The notes beneath the pieces were generated by a model, which was not told where the DNA came from, ran no database searches, and worked only from the letters and a program-made list of their open reading frames with translations. Positions 55,431-64,000 of a stretch of DNA of 64,000 nucleotides are shown one piece after another. The first letter of the stretch is position 1; every line of letters begins with the position of its first letter. Made by a program: the position numbers and the translations under genes. The DNA is from Candidatus Bathyarchaeota archaeon B24 (GTDB lineage Archaea > Thermoproteota > CALKCG01 > B24): the NCBI GenBank assembly GCA_001593865.1, contig LUCB01000001.1, positions 23,670 through 87,669 of the forward strand, in the 5' to 3' direction.

Positions 55431-56110
55431 CCTCCGGGCTTCGAAACTCTAACGGCTATAACCCTAACCTGGTCTGCGGTGTTCTCACACCAATCCGCCA
55501 CGTTTTCGAGAGCGTCTAGAAACTGAGCCACCATTATCACCTCGCCTATGGCAAAGTCTCTACAGCATTCAGCCTTAGCAAATACCCTACGACAGTTCTC
55601 ATAGAGGTCATCGATATTTTCTTCAAGTTTTTCGACCTGATCAGCGTTTTCAAGAGCTTTATCTACATCCGTCAACAGAAACTTCACAGATTTCTTAACT
55701 ATGTAAACGCATTCTTTAACCCTCTCAGCCATCCTTAAGATGTTATCCTTAAGCTCTTCGTTAAGCTTCTCTATCCGAATAATGGACATGATCCTGCCAG
55801 CTTCCCTAGCCCAGTCAGCTATCCAATCGATCCTTCTTACCAGATCCATCAAAACAGCCTTATCCTCGGACAGAAGCTCACTACCTGATAGCTCGTTTAA
55901 GATATCTCTCCTAACGTAGTCAGCCTCCTCCTCTTTACGGGAAAGCTCTTTAAGCTTTTGGATGGGGCTTTCTAAACCGCTTATGGAGAGAGCGATTGCC
56001 TCATATAATGCTTCGACGCAACCTACGGTTAGGTTAAGGTGCGACTCGATATGTCTTATAGCTAGGGTTCTACGTCGTCTACGAAACCATTCTAAAAGCT
56101 CCATACTCAC
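55427..56110 (-). CDS. DUF47 family protein (PhoU-like), second paralog in window
   Basis: 227 aa, helical repeat architecture matching the gene at 7828..8490. Co-transcribed with the eL22-like gene. Confidence 0.7.
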   Translation of the reverse strand: MSMELLEWFRRRRRTLAIRHIESHLNLTVGCVEALYEAIALSISGLESPIQKLKELSRKEEEADYVRRDILNELSGSELLSEDKAVLMDLVRRIDWIADWAREAGRIMSIIRIEKLNEELKDNILRMAERVKECVYIVKKSVKFLLTDVDKALENADQVEKLEENIDDLYENCRRVFAKAECCRDFAIGEVIMVAQFLDALENVADWCENTADQVRVIAVRVSKPGG

Positions 56111-56214
56111 TCGTAAGCCTCCAGAGTAAGCTATTACTAAATTAGTTAGAGATAGGATGCTAAAAAAGATTATTTAGGCTCTGTCTATTCTATGTTTAGT
56201 CTCAGAGGGGATAA

Positions 56215-57357
56215 TTGATGTCTTGGAGACGACGAAGGATCATACCCTCAGAGGGATACCTCTTACTTTTGGTGGGAATTCTGATAGGCTTCTTGCTTTT
56301 CACGATTATATCCGCCGTGTTTTCACTTGAGGCTTTGAAATCGCTGATCCCAGGTGAAAAAAAGCATACTCTACATGTCCTCTACACAAGTGAAAAACAA
56401 AGCTGGATGGAGGAAGTCGTACCGATGTTTGTAGAGAAATTCAAGGAGGAACACGGCTACGAGATAAGGGTCGAGCTTACCGTAGCGGGCTCCCATGAGA
56501 CAGTAAACCTAATTTTACACGGTTCCGTCAAGCCTGTAGTTTGGAGCCCGGCGTCGAGCATATGGATCCCTTACATAAACTATAAGTGGAAGAAACTGGG
56601 TTATAGATACGCCCTCGTCGAGGAATGGGAGCCGGTCTTAATAACCCCCACGGTGATAGTAACCTGGCGTTCTTTCCTAGAAAAGTACAAAGTCACGGGG
56701 TTTCTGAGTCTTTACGAGCTTGCTAAGAGGGGGGTTGAGTTTAAATATGGGCATCCAGACCCGATGTTGAGCAACGGAGGTGTTACAGCTGTTCTACTGG
56801 AGATAGCAGAGGCTGCTCATAAACCTGTCGACGAGCTTACGGTAGAGGATTTAGTCGACCCGCATGTCCAAGAGATTGTTAAGACGATAGAGTCTAAGGC
56901 TGTCTACTACGGTAGGAGCACCGGATTTTTCGGTAGATGGGCGGTGGAGAACGGTCCCTCGGCTATAACGGTTTTCTCGGTCTACGAGAACGTTGTGATA
57001 GATAACTCGGTCAAGGCTTTGAGAAAATGGAACGACCAGCTTGTGGCGGTGTATCCCAGCTTCGGTACCATACTTAACGACCATCCCTTCGCTATCTTAA
57101 ACGCACCATGGGTCGGTGAAGAAGAGAAGGCTATAGCTAAAGAGTTCATACAGTTTCTCCTCAGCAAAGAGGCTCAGGAAAAGGCGGTAAAGCACGGTTT
57201 TAGACCTGTTAGAAGCGACGTCGAGCTTGACCCCGAGGTCTTCAGCCCAGAAAATGGTGTAAGCTATACGTTAAACGTAACTTTTCACAATCCGCCTAAA
57301 GGAGAGGTGCTAGACGGTCTCTTTACGGTATGGGTTAAACTTAGAAGCAGAGGGTAG
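56215..57357 (+). CDS. ABC transporter substrate-binding protein, FbpA/iron(III)-thiamine-type, with N-terminal membrane anchor
   Basis: 380 aa. An N-terminal TM anchor typical of archaeal SBPs. TLHVLYTSEKQSW...GSHETVNLIL...VVWSPAS resembles the FbpA/ModA-type class II SBP fold. Confidence 0.65.
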   Translation: MMSWRRRRIIPSEGYLLLLVGILIGFLLFTIISAVFSLEALKSLIPGEKKHTLHVLYTSEKQSWMEEVVPMFVEKFKEEHGYEIRVELTVAGSHETVNLILHGSVKPVVWSPASSIWIPYINYKWKKLGYRYALVEEWEPVLITPTVIVTWRSFLEKYKVTGFLSLYELAKRGVEFKYGHPDPMLSNGGVTAVLLEIAEAAHKPVDELTVEDLVDPHVQEIVKTIESKAVYYGRSTGFFGRWAVENGPSAITVFSVYENVVIDNSVKALRKWNDQLVAVYPSFGTILNDHPFAILNAPWVGEEEKAIAKEFIQFLLSKEAQEKAVKHGFRPVRSDVELDPEVFSPENGVSYTLNVTFHNPPKGEVLDGLFTVWVKLRSRG

Positions 57358-57364
57358 ATAAGAT

Positions 57365-59068
57365 ATGCCGACCATATGGAGAATCCTTTCTAAGACTATC
57401 TTATGTTCAACTATGGTCGCCTTAGCCGTTTTAGTCCTCCTTCCAACGGTCTTTTTAGCATCGTTTCCGATCGTTTACTTCGACGAGGTTAGATACGAGG
57501 TATTCGAGAACCCGTTGGTCGGAGACGAAAATCTTAGAATGATAATATCCGTCCTACTGTTTTCGTTTAAACTCTCTATTTCCGCGGTTATTATAGACCT
57601 GGTGTTGGGAATACCCTTAGCTTTTCTACTGGCTAGGGGGAGATTCCCAGGTAAAACCCTACTCGAAACTTTGGTGACCCTCCCCCTAGTCATACCGACT
57701 TCAGGTTTTGGGTTTGCGTCGTTACTGACATGGACCACAGTTTCAGGGATAGGAGGATGGTTAGGTCTAGGTAGAGGAATCTTAGAAACTAGCGCGACCA
57801 TCCCTGGTACAGGCATTCCGATTCTCATGCTTATAGTCCATGTAAGCCTAACCCTACCTTACGTCGTTAGAACCCTTCAGGCTAAACTAGTCGAGTTAAA
57901 CCCAGTCTACGAGGATGCCTCTAGGACATTAGGAGCTACCTCCCTGACGACCTTCAGGAAAATCCTACTACCCCAAATTCTTCCCGCCGTTTTCTCAGGC
58001 TCTGTATTGGCGTTCGCCAGGTCGTTGGGTGAAACGGGGGCAACCATGGTCGTATCGGGTGTTAGGATAACCGCGGCGATAGCTGTCGTGAGGTGGGAGT
58101 TCGAGTTTAAGCTTGGCGCTGCGGCATTTTTAGGGCTTATTCTCGTTCTCATAACTTGGCTAATTATACTGCCGGTGGAACTCCTTTTAACCGGTAAGCA
58201 GGGGATAATCAAGCCTCCACCCCTGATATATAAAACCGGCTTAGAGAAGGTTTTCTTAAAACTGGAATCGAAGCTATCGAAAAGGGGGCTTAGAAACCTT
58301 CTATACGTTGTATGCATATTTGCGGTGGCTATTCTAGTGGTTATTCCCGTCATAGTGGTGGGCGAGTCTGTCGTCGCTTATTGGTACGCAGACCCCTATA
58401 CCGGTAAGAGGGAGGGAGGTGTGGTCTATCAGCTTTTAGGACCTCCAAACTATCTCCCGGCGATACTTAGGGCTACGGCTATCTCTTTCACCTCAGCATT
58501 TGTTTCGACTTACATCTCTGTGTTCCTATCCATACCTCTTGCATACATAATCGAGAGGTATAGATTCGGTAGGGTCTTAAGAGCCATACTGAAGATACCG
58601 CTTGTAGTACCTTCCTCGGCCCTAGGATTGTCGACGCTGCTCATGTGGGGTCCTAAGTTTATGGGGCTCATCACACCCGGTATATGGCTTATAATACTAA
58701 CGCATATAGTATTCTCCGTTCCGGTGATAGTCGAGACGATCATAGCGGTCTATGAGGGGTCGGATATCAAGCTCTACGAGGATGCTGCTAGAACCCTCGG
58801 TGCAAACCCATACTATACGGCTGAGAAGATAAGTCTCCCAGTTCTTAAGGAGGGTATAATAACCGGGGCTATCCTATCGTTCACCCATTCACTGGGCGAG
58901 ACCGGGGCTACGATGATCGTTATGGGCTCTGATATACCTATATCTGCCCTCGTGGTTAACATGGTCGAGTCTTTAGCTATCCCCGCCGCCCTCTTCACGT
59001 CGACATACCTCATATTCATATCCATGGCTCTGATATTCGTCTTCAGGCTAGCCACTAGAAGGAAGTAG
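57365..59068 (+). CDS. ABC transporter permease with two fused transmembrane domains (FbpB/ThiP-like)
   Basis: 567 aa, about 12 TM. Two EAA-loop motifs: ARSLGETGATMVVSG and THSLGETGATMIVMG. Confidence 0.8.
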   Translation: MPTIWRILSKTILCSTMVALAVLVLLPTVFLASFPIVYFDEVRYEVFENPLVGDENLRMIISVLLFSFKLSISAVIIDLVLGIPLAFLLARGRFPGKTLLETLVTLPLVIPTSGFGFASLLTWTTVSGIGGWLGLGRGILETSATIPGTGIPILMLIVHVSLTLPYVVRTLQAKLVELNPVYEDASRTLGATSLTTFRKILLPQILPAVFSGSVLAFARSLGETGATMVVSGVRITAAIAVVRWEFEFKLGAAAFLGLILVLITWLIILPVELLLTGKQGIIKPPPLIYKTGLEKVFLKLESKLSKRGLRNLLYVVCIFAVAILVVIPVIVVGESVVAYWYADPYTGKREGGVVYQLLGPPNYLPAILRATAISFTSAFVSTYISVFLSIPLAYIIERYRFGRVLRAILKIPLVVPSSALGLSTLLMWGPKFMGLITPGIWLIILTHIVFSVPVIVETIIAVYEGSDIKLYEDAARTLGANPYYTAEKISLPVLKEGIITGAILSFTHSLGETGATMIVMGSDIPISALVVNMVESLAIPAALFTSTYLIFISMALIFVFRLATRRK

Positions 59069-59108
59069 CTAAGGCTTTATACCTGTGTTAGCCATCTTAT
59101 TGTGCTAG

Positions 59109-60206
59109 ATGGGGAGTCTTAGGCTCGTCGACATCTCGAAGCGGTTCGATAGGGTCGAGGCTCTTAAAGATGTGGATTTGGAGATTTATGACGGAGAGTA
59201 TGCAGTGGTTCTCGGCCCGACAGGAGCGGGTAAGACTACACTTCTCAGGATAATAGCCGGTCTTCTGAGACAGGATAACGGCGAAGTCTACATAAACGAG
59301 GTTCAGGTAGACGACCTTCCACCGGAGGAGCGGGGTGTTGCATTATTCTTTCAGAACTTCGCTCTTTTCCCACATATGACGGTACTCGATAACGTCGCCT
59401 TCAGTTTAAGGGTTAAGGGGTTAAGCCTTGAAGAGTCTGAGAGGAAAGCGATGGATATTCTCAGGATGGTGCATCTAGACCATAGGGCCTATTCGTATCC
59501 TCGGGAACTCAGCGGAGGTATGCAGCAGAGGGTTGCCTTGGCTAGAACCATAGCCGCGGGCGTGGATATACTGCTTTTAGACGAGCCGCTCAGCCAGCTA
59601 GACGCTAAGATAAAATCTGAGATTCAATACGAGCTTAGAGACCTTGCCAAGAGCCTTGGGCTGACGGTTCTTCATGTAACTAACGATGTCGAGGAGGCCT
59701 TAGCCGTAGCCGACCGCATAGCGATTCTTAACAAGGGTGAAATAGTCCAGGTAGGTACTCCGGTGGAGATTATGGAGAATCCAAAAACGGCCTTCGTAGC
59801 AAGCTTCATAGCCGAGATGAACCTCATGGAAGGCGTCGTCGAGGAGTCTTCAGAGAACAGGGTGGTAGTGGATATCGGCGGAGGATTTAAGGTCGAATCT
59901 TCTAGGAATGGCTTCAAAAAAGGTGAGCTAGTGATCGTCGGCGTCAAACCGAGCAGTTTCAAGATCGGTGGAGACGGTAAAAATGGTCTAACAGGTAAGG
60001 TTGAGGACTGGGTTTTCTCCTTCGGCTTTAGGAGGGTAACTGTTCAGCTGGATAATGGTTCTAGAGTATCCGTTAAGACTGAGAGGAAGGATATCGAGAG
60101 GGGAAGTTCCATATCATTGACCGTAGACCCTAGAGATGTCTACTTGTTCCCCTATCTTAAGGGAGGCTTAAGAACGGTGTTAGCTGAGGTCTCGGGGGTT
60201 TTCTGA
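59109..60206 (+). CDS. ABC transporter ATP-binding protein with C-terminal TOBE-like domain (NBD 1)
   Basis: 365 aa. Walker A GPTGAGKTTLL, signature LSGGMQQRVALAR, Walker B LLLDEPLSQLD. Confidence 0.85.
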   Translation: MGSLRLVDISKRFDRVEALKDVDLEIYDGEYAVVLGPTGAGKTTLLRIIAGLLRQDNGEVYINEVQVDDLPPEERGVALFFQNFALFPHMTVLDNVAFSLRVKGLSLEESERKAMDILRMVHLDHRAYSYPRELSGGMQQRVALARTIAAGVDILLLDEPLSQLDAKIKSEIQYELRDLAKSLGLTVLHVTNDVEEALAVADRIAILNKGEIVQVGTPVEIMENPKTAFVASFIAEMNLMEGVVEESSENRVVVDIGGGFKVESSRNGFKKGELVIVGVKPSSFKIGGDGKNGLTGKVEDWVFSFGFRRVTVQLDNGSRVSVKTERKDIERGSSISLTVDPRDVYLFPYLKGGLRTVLAEVSGVF

Positions 60207-61327
60207 TGCCTGAAGTTAAGCTTGTGAACATCGTTAAAAGATTCGGAAACATCACAGCCTTACGTGGGATAAACCTAACGGTAGAGAATGGAGAATATGT
60301 ATGCATACTCGGCCCGAGCGGATGCGGTAAGACTACACTTCTCAGGATAATAGCCGGTCTGTTGAAGCCCGATGAAGGTCAAGTCTATATAGATGGAGAA
60401 GATGTCACCCATAAACCCCCAGAGTATAGGGGGGTAGGCTTCGTATTCCAAAGTATCGCTTTGTTTCCGCATATGAACAGCTGGGAAAACGTCCTTTATG
60501 GGCCTACAGTTAAGGGGCTTGATAAGAGTATATCCCATAGAATCGCCAGGGAGATCATGAGGACCCTAAAGACCATAGACTATAGCGGCCTATACCCGGG
60601 AGAGCTTAGCGGAGGAATAGCTCAGATGATAGCCATAGCTAGAGCGTTGGCCACAGGAGCTAAGCTTTTACTTTTAGACGAGCCTTTGGGTGCGTTAGAC
60701 CCAAGGATAAGAGTCGACCTAAGATATGAGCTCAGGAGGATCGTTAAAGGTCTGGGTTTAACGGCGATACATGTGACGCACAATCAGGAGGAGGCTTTAA
60801 CAATAGCCGATCGGATCGTAGTCATGCGTAGCGGCATGGTCGAAGCCTACGATACGCCTGAAAACCTGTATTGGCATCCTAAAAACCTATTCGTAGCAGA
60901 CTTCATAGGCAAAGTCAACGTCTTAGAGGGGTTTATCAAGAAGGCGCTTACCGGAGGCAAAGCTCTCGTAGAGCTCACAGGAGGTATATCGATCGAAGTA
61001 TATGCTAAAGGCTTTTCAGAAGGCGACAAAGTCGTCGTAGCCGTAAGACCTGAGAACTTTGAAATCCTAGACCGTTCGGAAGCTGATAAACCAAACTTGT
61101 TAAGAGGTGTTGTGACAAGGGCCAGGTTTATGGGCGACTACTACCGATACGATGTCACACTTGAGTCCGGTGAACGTGTAACCGTAAATACCCCGTTATA
61201 TAGGTCTGAAAAAATTCAGGTGAGAAAAAAGGGAGAACCGGTCTTGGTCAGGTTCGACCCTGAGAAAGCACTTGTATACGCCTACCCGAAGAGGGGTATA
61301 GAGAGGGAGCTTTCCATAGAGGTTTAG
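60206..61327 (+). CDS. ABC transporter ATP-binding protein with C-terminal TOBE-like domain (NBD 2, variant signature motif)
   Basis: 373 aa. GPSGCGKTTLL, signature LSGGIAQMIAIARA, LLLDEPLGALD. The start overlaps NBD1's stop by 1 nt (TGATG). Confidence 0.85.
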   Translation: MPEVKLVNIVKRFGNITALRGINLTVENGEYVCILGPSGCGKTTLLRIIAGLLKPDEGQVYIDGEDVTHKPPEYRGVGFVFQSIALFPHMNSWENVLYGPTVKGLDKSISHRIAREIMRTLKTIDYSGLYPGELSGGIAQMIAIARALATGAKLLLLDEPLGALDPRIRVDLRYELRRIVKGLGLTAIHVTHNQEEALTIADRIVVMRSGMVEAYDTPENLYWHPKNLFVADFIGKVNVLEGFIKKALTGGKALVELTGGISIEVYAKGFSEGDKVVVAVRPENFEILDRSEADKPNLLRGVVTRARFMGDYYRYDVTLESGERVTVNTPLYRSEKIQVRKKGEPVLVRFDPEKALVYAYPKRGIERELSIEV

Positions 61328-62316
61328 AACCTTCTGTCCACTACGTCGTAGACGCCTGGTCCCGTGCCTATGAGCGTAACAGGAACCCTAAGTTTCTCTT
61401 CGACCTCTCTTATGAAACGTTTAGCTTCTGAAGAGAGTTCTTCGAACGTCCTTGCCCCTGAGCACTCAGGATATAGGATATCTATCTTCGTTATAGCTAG
61501 CTGCGTAGCCGTGTTGAGCATGATAGCCCTCTTTGCAAGGTTGAAGTTGAAAGGTGCGGCTCTCCGTTCTCTACCGGTTACCGTCGCTCTCTCTAGCCAC
61601 CCTCTTCTTAAAGCCTCATCACGGCTGAGTTCGCCTTCAAGCGGACCCTTACCGACCCTTGTGACGTAGGCTTTAAACACTACCACGACATCCGTCACCC
61701 TTTTAGGTCCTATACCTGCTTCACTACAGACCGCCGAAGCGGTCGTATCCCTCCCCGTAACGTAGGGATACGTACCGTGGATCAGCGACAGAAACGTCCC
61801 TTGAGTCCCTTCTACCAAAACTTTACCCCCTTCATCGAGTATCCTGTTAAGTTCTACCGGGACATCCGCTAGATACGGTTTAAGCTCAGGTAGGTCTTTG
61901 GCGAGCCTAGCTATACGTCGCACCCTATCGGCTATGGCGGGTCCGACACCTTGCCCGGTAGTTCCTATACGTTTACCCGTTGCCCTATCCTCCTCTATAT
62001 GCTTAGCCTCTATGATCGAGCTATGCCTATCCACCCAGACCCTTCCCTTAACCCCTGTCTCCTCGACTTCCTTAAGAAATACTTGTGGGTTGACGTTAGC
62101 TCCTGAGGCCACGTATAATCGACATTTCTCATAGACGAAAGCCGATGGAACCATCCTCAGCCCATAGGTTTTCCCTTTCCATACGACCGTGTGTCCTGCG
62201 TTTACAGAGCCTGTTCTAACGGTTGCATCGACTCTATCCTTGAGGGCTAGGTAGGCTACGATCTTACCCTTCCCCTCGTCTCCGAAAAAACCTCCCACGA
62301 TGACTGTGCAAGGCAT
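61324..62316 (-). CDS. purA: adenylosuccinate synthetase (short archaeal type)
   Basis: The ORF track gives 61324..62340. The conserved start is MPCTVIVGGFFGDEGKGK (ATG 62314-62316, 330 aa). GDEGKGK P-loop and GTTGQGVGP. Confidence 0.85.
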   Translation of the reverse strand: MPCTVIVGGFFGDEGKGKIVAYLALKDRVDATVRTGSVNAGHTVVWKGKTYGLRMVPSAFVYEKCRLYVASGANVNPQVFLKEVEETGVKGRVWVDRHSSIIEAKHIEEDRATGKRIGTTGQGVGPAIADRVRRIARLAKDLPELKPYLADVPVELNRILDEGGKVLVEGTQGTFLSLIHGTYPYVTGRDTTASAVCSEAGIGPKRVTDVVVVFKAYVTRVGKGPLEGELSRDEALRRGWLERATVTGRERRAAPFNFNLAKRAIMLNTATQLAITKIDILYPECSGARTFEELSSEAKRFIREVEEKLRVPVTLIGTGPGVYDVVDRRF

Positions 62317-62393
62317 AACTATCCCGATTCTAGAAAGCATCTATCAGTATTTAACCATTAGCTTTACATAATCCGAACGCTTCAAGTCGTTCT

Positions 62394-62421
62394 AACCTAT
62401 GGAACGGTCTGTTTCATAGGT
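62394..62421. promoter_or_regulatory. inverted repeat AACCTATG-N13-CATAGGTT in the divergent purA/DUF541 promoter region (candidate operator)
   Basis: 8-bp perfect arms at 62394-62401 and 62415-62422. Flanked by AT-rich TATA-like tracts (TATTTAACC, AGATATAA). Confidence 0.25.
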
Positions 62422-62471
62422 TAGATATAACATAGAGTAGTCCCTAAATGTTTGTCAGGAGGTGAATTCAC

Positions 62472-63218
62472 GTGAAAGTTTTAGAAAAGACTAGAACCAT
62501 ATTCACCGTGGTCGTCATAGTAGCCATATCGACTCTGTTTTTGATGTTAACGTTCACACCTGAAAACTCCACAGCTACCGATGGAAATGAAGAAGCCAAA
62601 CCTACCTTATCCGTTATGGGAGTAAGCTCCATGAACGTCCAACCAGATCTGGCTTCCGTAGCTCTCACGGTCGAAGTGAAGGCTGAGAACGCGTCAGAGG
62701 CTATGGGTAAAAACGCCGAGATAATGTCGAGAGTTATAAACGCCCTTAAACAGCTGGGTCTTGAAGATGACGAGATAAGAACTAGACACGTAGGACTCTA
62801 CCCAGAGTATTTCTATCCTAAGGATAAACCACCGGTGTTGATAGGCTATAAGGCTGTTAACAGTATAACCGTTACCACCCAGAAATTCGACATATTAGGT
62901 TTGATCATCGACACAGCGGTAGCAAACGGGGTTAACAAGGTCGAGGGCGTATGGTTCACCCTATCGAAGAAGCTTCAGGACAGCGTTAAACTTCAGTTAA
63001 TATCCTCAGCCATGGAGAACGCCAAGCTTAAAGCCGAGGCCGCTTTGGAGCCGCTGGGTATGTCGATCACGGGTGTTAAAAGCATCGAGATAAAGGAAGC
63101 CGGATGGTATTACCCAGTTGTATATAGAGAAGCCGCCGAAACCGTCGCTACGACTCCGATAATGCCTGGCGAAATCGAAGTTACCGTGATGGTCTATGTG
63201 GTTTTCTACATAGGATGA
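62472..63218 (+). CDS. SIMPL/DUF541 family protein with N-terminal TM anchor
   Basis: 248 aa. TM anchor, then a domain with the beta-rich DUF541 pattern (NVQPDLASVALTVEV...GYKAVNSITV). Confidence 0.55.
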   Translation: MKVLEKTRTIFTVVVIVAISTLFLMLTFTPENSTATDGNEEAKPTLSVMGVSSMNVQPDLASVALTVEVKAENASEAMGKNAEIMSRVINALKQLGLEDDEIRTRHVGLYPEYFYPKDKPPVLIGYKAVNSITVTTQKFDILGLIIDTAVANGVNKVEGVWFTLSKKLQDSVKLQLISSAMENAKLKAEAALEPLGMSITGVKSIEIKEAGWYYPVVYREAAETVATTPIMPGEIEVTVMVYVVFYIG

Positions 63219-63329
63219 CCGTCCTCTCGACAATCTCTTTTTAAACCGTCGACTATATGGATGGGTAAAGGTTAAATATGCACGAGGTCTCTCATACGTT
63301 TGTCTATTCACGGTGGTCGACGGTGAGAG

Positions 63330-64000
63330 GTGGTCGTATTCCAAAATAGCGAAGAATTCTCCCAAGAGGTTGAGCTTGAGGGTCATCTTATAGACTCGCT
63401 GATTCTTCCGAAGGTCTTCGACGTGATAATGGAGCTGGGTGGAGATTTCGAGGTTTTAGAGTTCCGTATAGGCCGTCGCAAGACCGAGACAAGTTATGCT
63501 AAGTTACTGATCAAGGGTCGAAACAGACGGCATCTGGAGATGATCCTGAAGGAGGTCTACCGTCTAGGAGCCGTCACTCCTCTTCCTCAGGAAGTCGAGG
63601 TTAGGGAGGCCCCGGCCGATATGGTTTTGCCGGATAACTTCTACGTTACGACGAACCATCCTACTTACGTCTACTACAAGGGAGGCTGGGTCGAGGTCGA
63701 AGGTATATGCATGGATAAGGTCATATGCGTAGACCCATCTTCGAGAAGGGCTTTCTGTAAGCCGATAAGAGAGGTTAAGGCAGGAGACCTCATAGTAGTC
63801 GGTGAGAAAGGAATCAAAGTTAGGCCTCCTGAGTATCCTAGAGAGGGGCTGGGAATATTCGAGTTCATGGGTAGTAGAAGTTCTCCTGAGAAGCCCTCTA
63901 CCTCTATAATCAGGATAATAGCCGAGGACATGTTCAGGGTTAAGAAGGAGGGGGGGAAGATCGTTGTCGTGGCCGGACCAGCCGTCGTGCATACAGGAGC
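63330..64000 (+). CDS. conserved hypothetical protein, 3'-partial (runs off window); possibly LOR/SDH-like (TIGR00300-type)
   Basis: Not in the ORF track because no stop lies within the window. The open frame runs from GTG 63330, just after an in-frame TGA, to the window end (>223 aa): MVVFQNSEEFSQEVELEGHLIDSLILPKVFDVIMELGGDFEVLEFRIGRRKTE...GKIVVVAGPAVVHTG. The family call is tentative. The overlapping minus-strand ORFs 63564..63992 and 63674..63931 are probably spurious. Confidence 0.45.
   Translation, partial: MVVFQNSEEFSQEVELEGHLIDSLILPKVFDVIMELGGDFEVLEFRIGRRKTETSYAKLLIKGRNRRHLEMILKEVYRLGAVTPLPQEVEVREAPADMVLPDNFYVTTNHPTYVYYKGGWVEVEGICMDKVICVDPSSRRAFCKPIREVKAGDLIVVGEKGIKVRPPEYPREGLGIFEFMGSRSSPEKPSTSIIRIIAEDMFRVKKEGGKIVVVAGPAVVHTG

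Noticed and set aside
63564-63992. Minus-strand ORFs 63564..63992 (142 aa) and 63674..63931 (85 aa).
   Set aside because: They overlap a better-supported plus-strand partial gene from 63330 to the window end, which has a clean post-stop GTG start and globular-looking sequence. The minus-strand translations are Ser/Pro/Leu-rich and low-complexity.
1-64000. CRISPR arrays, transposases/integrases, tRNAs flanking islands, and toxin-antitoxin or restriction-modification modules.
   Set aside because: No short regularly spaced direct repeats, no IS/integrase-like ORFs and no tRNA-like sequences were recognised by eye. All large ORFs have housekeeping assignments. A tRNA scan by software is still advisable.

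Overview
The window looks like a chromosomal core region of a hyperthermophilic archaeon, not an accessory island. A 1210-aa reverse gyrase, a tungsten-type aldehyde:ferredoxin oxidoreductase, archaeal-type Pth2, a short PurA and the DHQ-synthase-II/ADH-synthase shikimate route point to a TACK-group (Thermoprotei- or Korarchaeota-like) genome; by eye the GC content appears moderate (perhaps ~50%; I did not count bases). Coding density is very high, with many 1-8 nt gene overlaps, and the ORF track uses TTG/GTG starts.

Content, in order:
- Six aminoacyl-tRNA synthetase genes: ValRS, IleRS, TrpRS, PheS, PheT, TyrRS.
- NucS/EndoMS, a PolB3-like family-B DNA polymerase, glutamate dehydrogenase, two DegT-type sugar aminotransferases, the TmcA tRNA cytidine acetyltransferase, reverse gyrase, Pth2, and deoxyhypusine synthase co-operonic with a RACo-like ferredoxin-ATPase.
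- AOR, a GH4 glycosidase, then a ~14 kb single-strand supra-operon: aspartokinase, asd, aroA', aroB', aroD, aroE, an archaeal GHMP-type shikimate kinase, aroA, a short ThrC-like PLP enzyme, aroC and pheA.
- That supra-operon continues into the archaeal modified-mevalonate module: a UbiD-like decarboxylase plus AcnX large and small subunits.
- PyrK/PyrD, an unannotated 58-aa rpS30e, an FbpABC-like ABC importer with two NBD genes, PurA, and a DUF541 protein.

Most notable observations:
1. A ~270 nt GC-rich, highly structured intergenic RNA candidate between pheT and an EamA transporter. It has a GNRA hairpin, a ~24-bp interrupted helix, RNase P CR-I/P4-like motifs and an oligo-T terminator.
2. 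A TyrRS whose class-I HIGH motif reads FTLGW.
3. An AcnX small subunit whose conserved N-terminus lies in frame directly behind the large subunit's TGA with no canonical start codon.
4. A small protein with eL22-like sequence pattern, co-transcribed with a DUF47 protein.
5. An AN1 zinc finger fused to an M50/S2P-like membrane protease.
6. A ThrC-like gene embedded in the aro operon.
7. A DHS-COG3894 operon that could bear on the unidentified archaeal deoxyhypusine hydroxylation step.

No CRISPR arrays, tRNAs, rRNAs, transposases or integrases were recognised by eye.
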